From: Camelus dromedarius
Lineage: Eukaryota
Direction of reading: 5' to 3'
NCBI RefSeq assembly: GCF_036321535.1
Contig: NC_087437.1
Location: 81,284,001 to 81,348,000 of the forward strand
DNA: 64,000 bases
Part shown: in pieces, positions 62,096 through 64,000 of the stretch
How positions within the stretch are numbered: the stretch's first letter is position 1
Layout of the letters: every line of letters begins with the position of its first letter
Translations under genes and position numbers: made by a program
Notes under the pieces: model-generated
What the model was told of the DNA's origin: nothing
The model's input: the letters and a program-made list of their open reading frames with translations, nothing else
Databases searched by the model: none

Positions 62096-63122
62096 AAAAG
62101 TGCTTGGTGCATTTTAGGCTACAGATTGTTTGTTTGTTTTAATGTGATTGATAAACTCAGTCACTTACGGTGTTGAAAAACTTGCTTTTGGTGCTGAAAA
62201 TACATCATACCACCACCTGGCCCCTTTATACAAATAGAGCACCATCTGGTGTTTGTTTTAAAGTAGAATGTGTGTTTTTAAAAGTCCTACCATGCATGGG
62301 CAATTCAAAGAAATAACTCTTCAACATCTGGAAGGAACCCTAGATCAGTAACCATGCAGCCACATTCTACAAAGCTTCCAAGGGTTTCAGTGAGGCACCT
62401 CATGCTTGCTGTCCTGAGCTATGTGGCCCCTCAATCCCCTTCAACCCTGGCAATGACCCCTTTACCTGTTAAATACTGAGCTTTCAAGTTCTATGTCATT
62501 CAGGACTAAAGACATTCTTTTAAAACCACGGGTTTAGTCCAATTTAAAATTTACAGTGGGAGGGTATCAAAACCCAGAGACTGAACTGCTCATCCAAGGA
62601 TGTACCATTTAGAGAGGAAAACTTTGATTTAAAATACATTGCTTTTTCCCCAAAAGATATATTGCTAACTGCACAAAAATATAAAGGGCTATTTATCTTT
62701 TCAAAACACTACTTAACTAAAGTTATGCTTTACCTCTATTCTTCAAGTCATTTTAAATCACAAAAATGATACGCAGTTGCAAGAGAGGAAGGGAGAAGGA
62801 AATAAAATTGCACCTAAGTAGATTACAAAATAAAGTGTGACCTCAATGGGTCACTTCTGCCCTCATGGTCACCACTAACTAGTGACTGGTATGAATCCTT
62901 CCTGATCATTCACCCTGTATTAATATTCATATGAACACTTTGTTAGTTTTTTTTTTCCTTAATAACTGGAAGCATACCTGACATATTGTTCTATTTGGTT
63001 TTTTTAACCCCAAACTATGTCAGTAAATCAAAACTTTTCACAACCGGGCTCATGGCATGAACGCCTGTGTAAGCTTTTCATCATTAGCAACAACCACACA
63101 CAAACTCTAAGTTCTATTTTAC

Positions 63123-63263
63123 CTTCACTCTGACCTGCTTGAGTCTGAGCTCCTGTATATGGTGGCTGCTGTGGCTGAACTCCTGGCGGGTGAGCTGCGG
63201 AAGAGGAGGAAGCAATGCTGTCGGGAGTTCCTGAACGGTCTTCTGCAGGAGCACTGGGTGGCC
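63123..63263 (-). CDS. TFG: TFG coding exon, 141 nt, phase 1-1 (alternative donor at 63135)
   Basis: - strand gaccatccag| acceptor, AAG|gtaaaa donor; encodes (G)[46 protein letters not shown]. Confidence 0.96.
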
Positions 63264-64000
63264 CTGGATGGTCATGAAAAGTCAGTTCAGTTTCTAATAC
63301 AAGACCTTTCCCCAACAAGCCCAATTAATAAATTTGGTTAAGACACTAAAAATAAAAGTACTGTAGAATAAGCATAAGCACAAATACAGCCTCTTATATT
63401 GGTGTATATACTTTTTTTTTCCCTTTGCTCCAGTCTCTTAAGAATCCAAAGATACAACTGGAAACCCTTCCCTGCAGTGTGGGGTGCTACATTCCTGAGT
63501 CCTAAACTCCTGCAAAAACCAAAACTCAACTCTGCCATACCAGTATCTTCTACTTTATGCCACCTAATTTTTAGACCAACCAAAACTGTCATTTCATTCT
63601 TCAGTGGGTCTCCACTGCCCAGAAATTCAGTTCAGCCCTCTAGTTTGGTATTTAAGGGTCCAAGCCCTCACAATTCCTCTTCTCATATGCCCCCTTCATC
63701 TAAACTAACCTATTCCCTATTCCTCCAATGATGTATCTAACATTCTTTCTGCCTCCATCTCATCTATCACTGTTCCCTCCACTGTCCCACTTTCATATAT
63801 CTAAATGTAACATTCCTTAAAACCCAGTTAAAACTCCCACTTCTGGTAAGCCTTCTTCACCCATAAATACTTTTTTCCACTCGTGAGCTTCTATGGAGTA
63901 TACTTCTATTATGACCCTTACCAACTCCTACTCTGCTTTTCTGATCAGGTCCCACCTTCCCTCTTAGGCCAGGAGCTCTTTTAGCCAGGCTCTTTTCTGG

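Overview
Mammalian genomic DNA, most likely camelid (alpaca/camel), judged from eight copies of a tRNA-Ala(AGC)-derived SINE of the Vic-1 type. The window holds the 3' ends of two convergent genes. ABI3BP (TARSH, + strand) contributes its last 15 coding exons (740-51286), encoding the Pro/Thr-rich stalk, the second fibronectin type III domain and the conserved C-terminus ending ...[10 protein letters not shown]; its poly(A) signal is at 52372. TFG (- strand) contributes its last three coding exons (63263-53148), encoding the P/Q-rich low-complexity domain ending ...PGPGYR; its poly(A) signal is at 52737-52732. Introns are filled with L1, L2, MIR, MaLR/ERV LTR, hAT-Charlie and Tigger fossils. 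I cannot demonstrate a new biological system from sequence alone. The best leads are two well-formed, stop-containing cassette-exon candidates in TFG introns (one predicted to trigger NMD, one to escape it), a hairpin that pairs the ABI3BP poly(A) signal with an antisense AATAAA at the tail-to-tail junction, a GC/CpG-shifted and shortened TFG penultimate exon next to a CTCF-like motif, and inverted SINE pairs near ABI3BP exons. Gene and repeat names come from recognition rather than database searches, and repeat boundaries are approximate.
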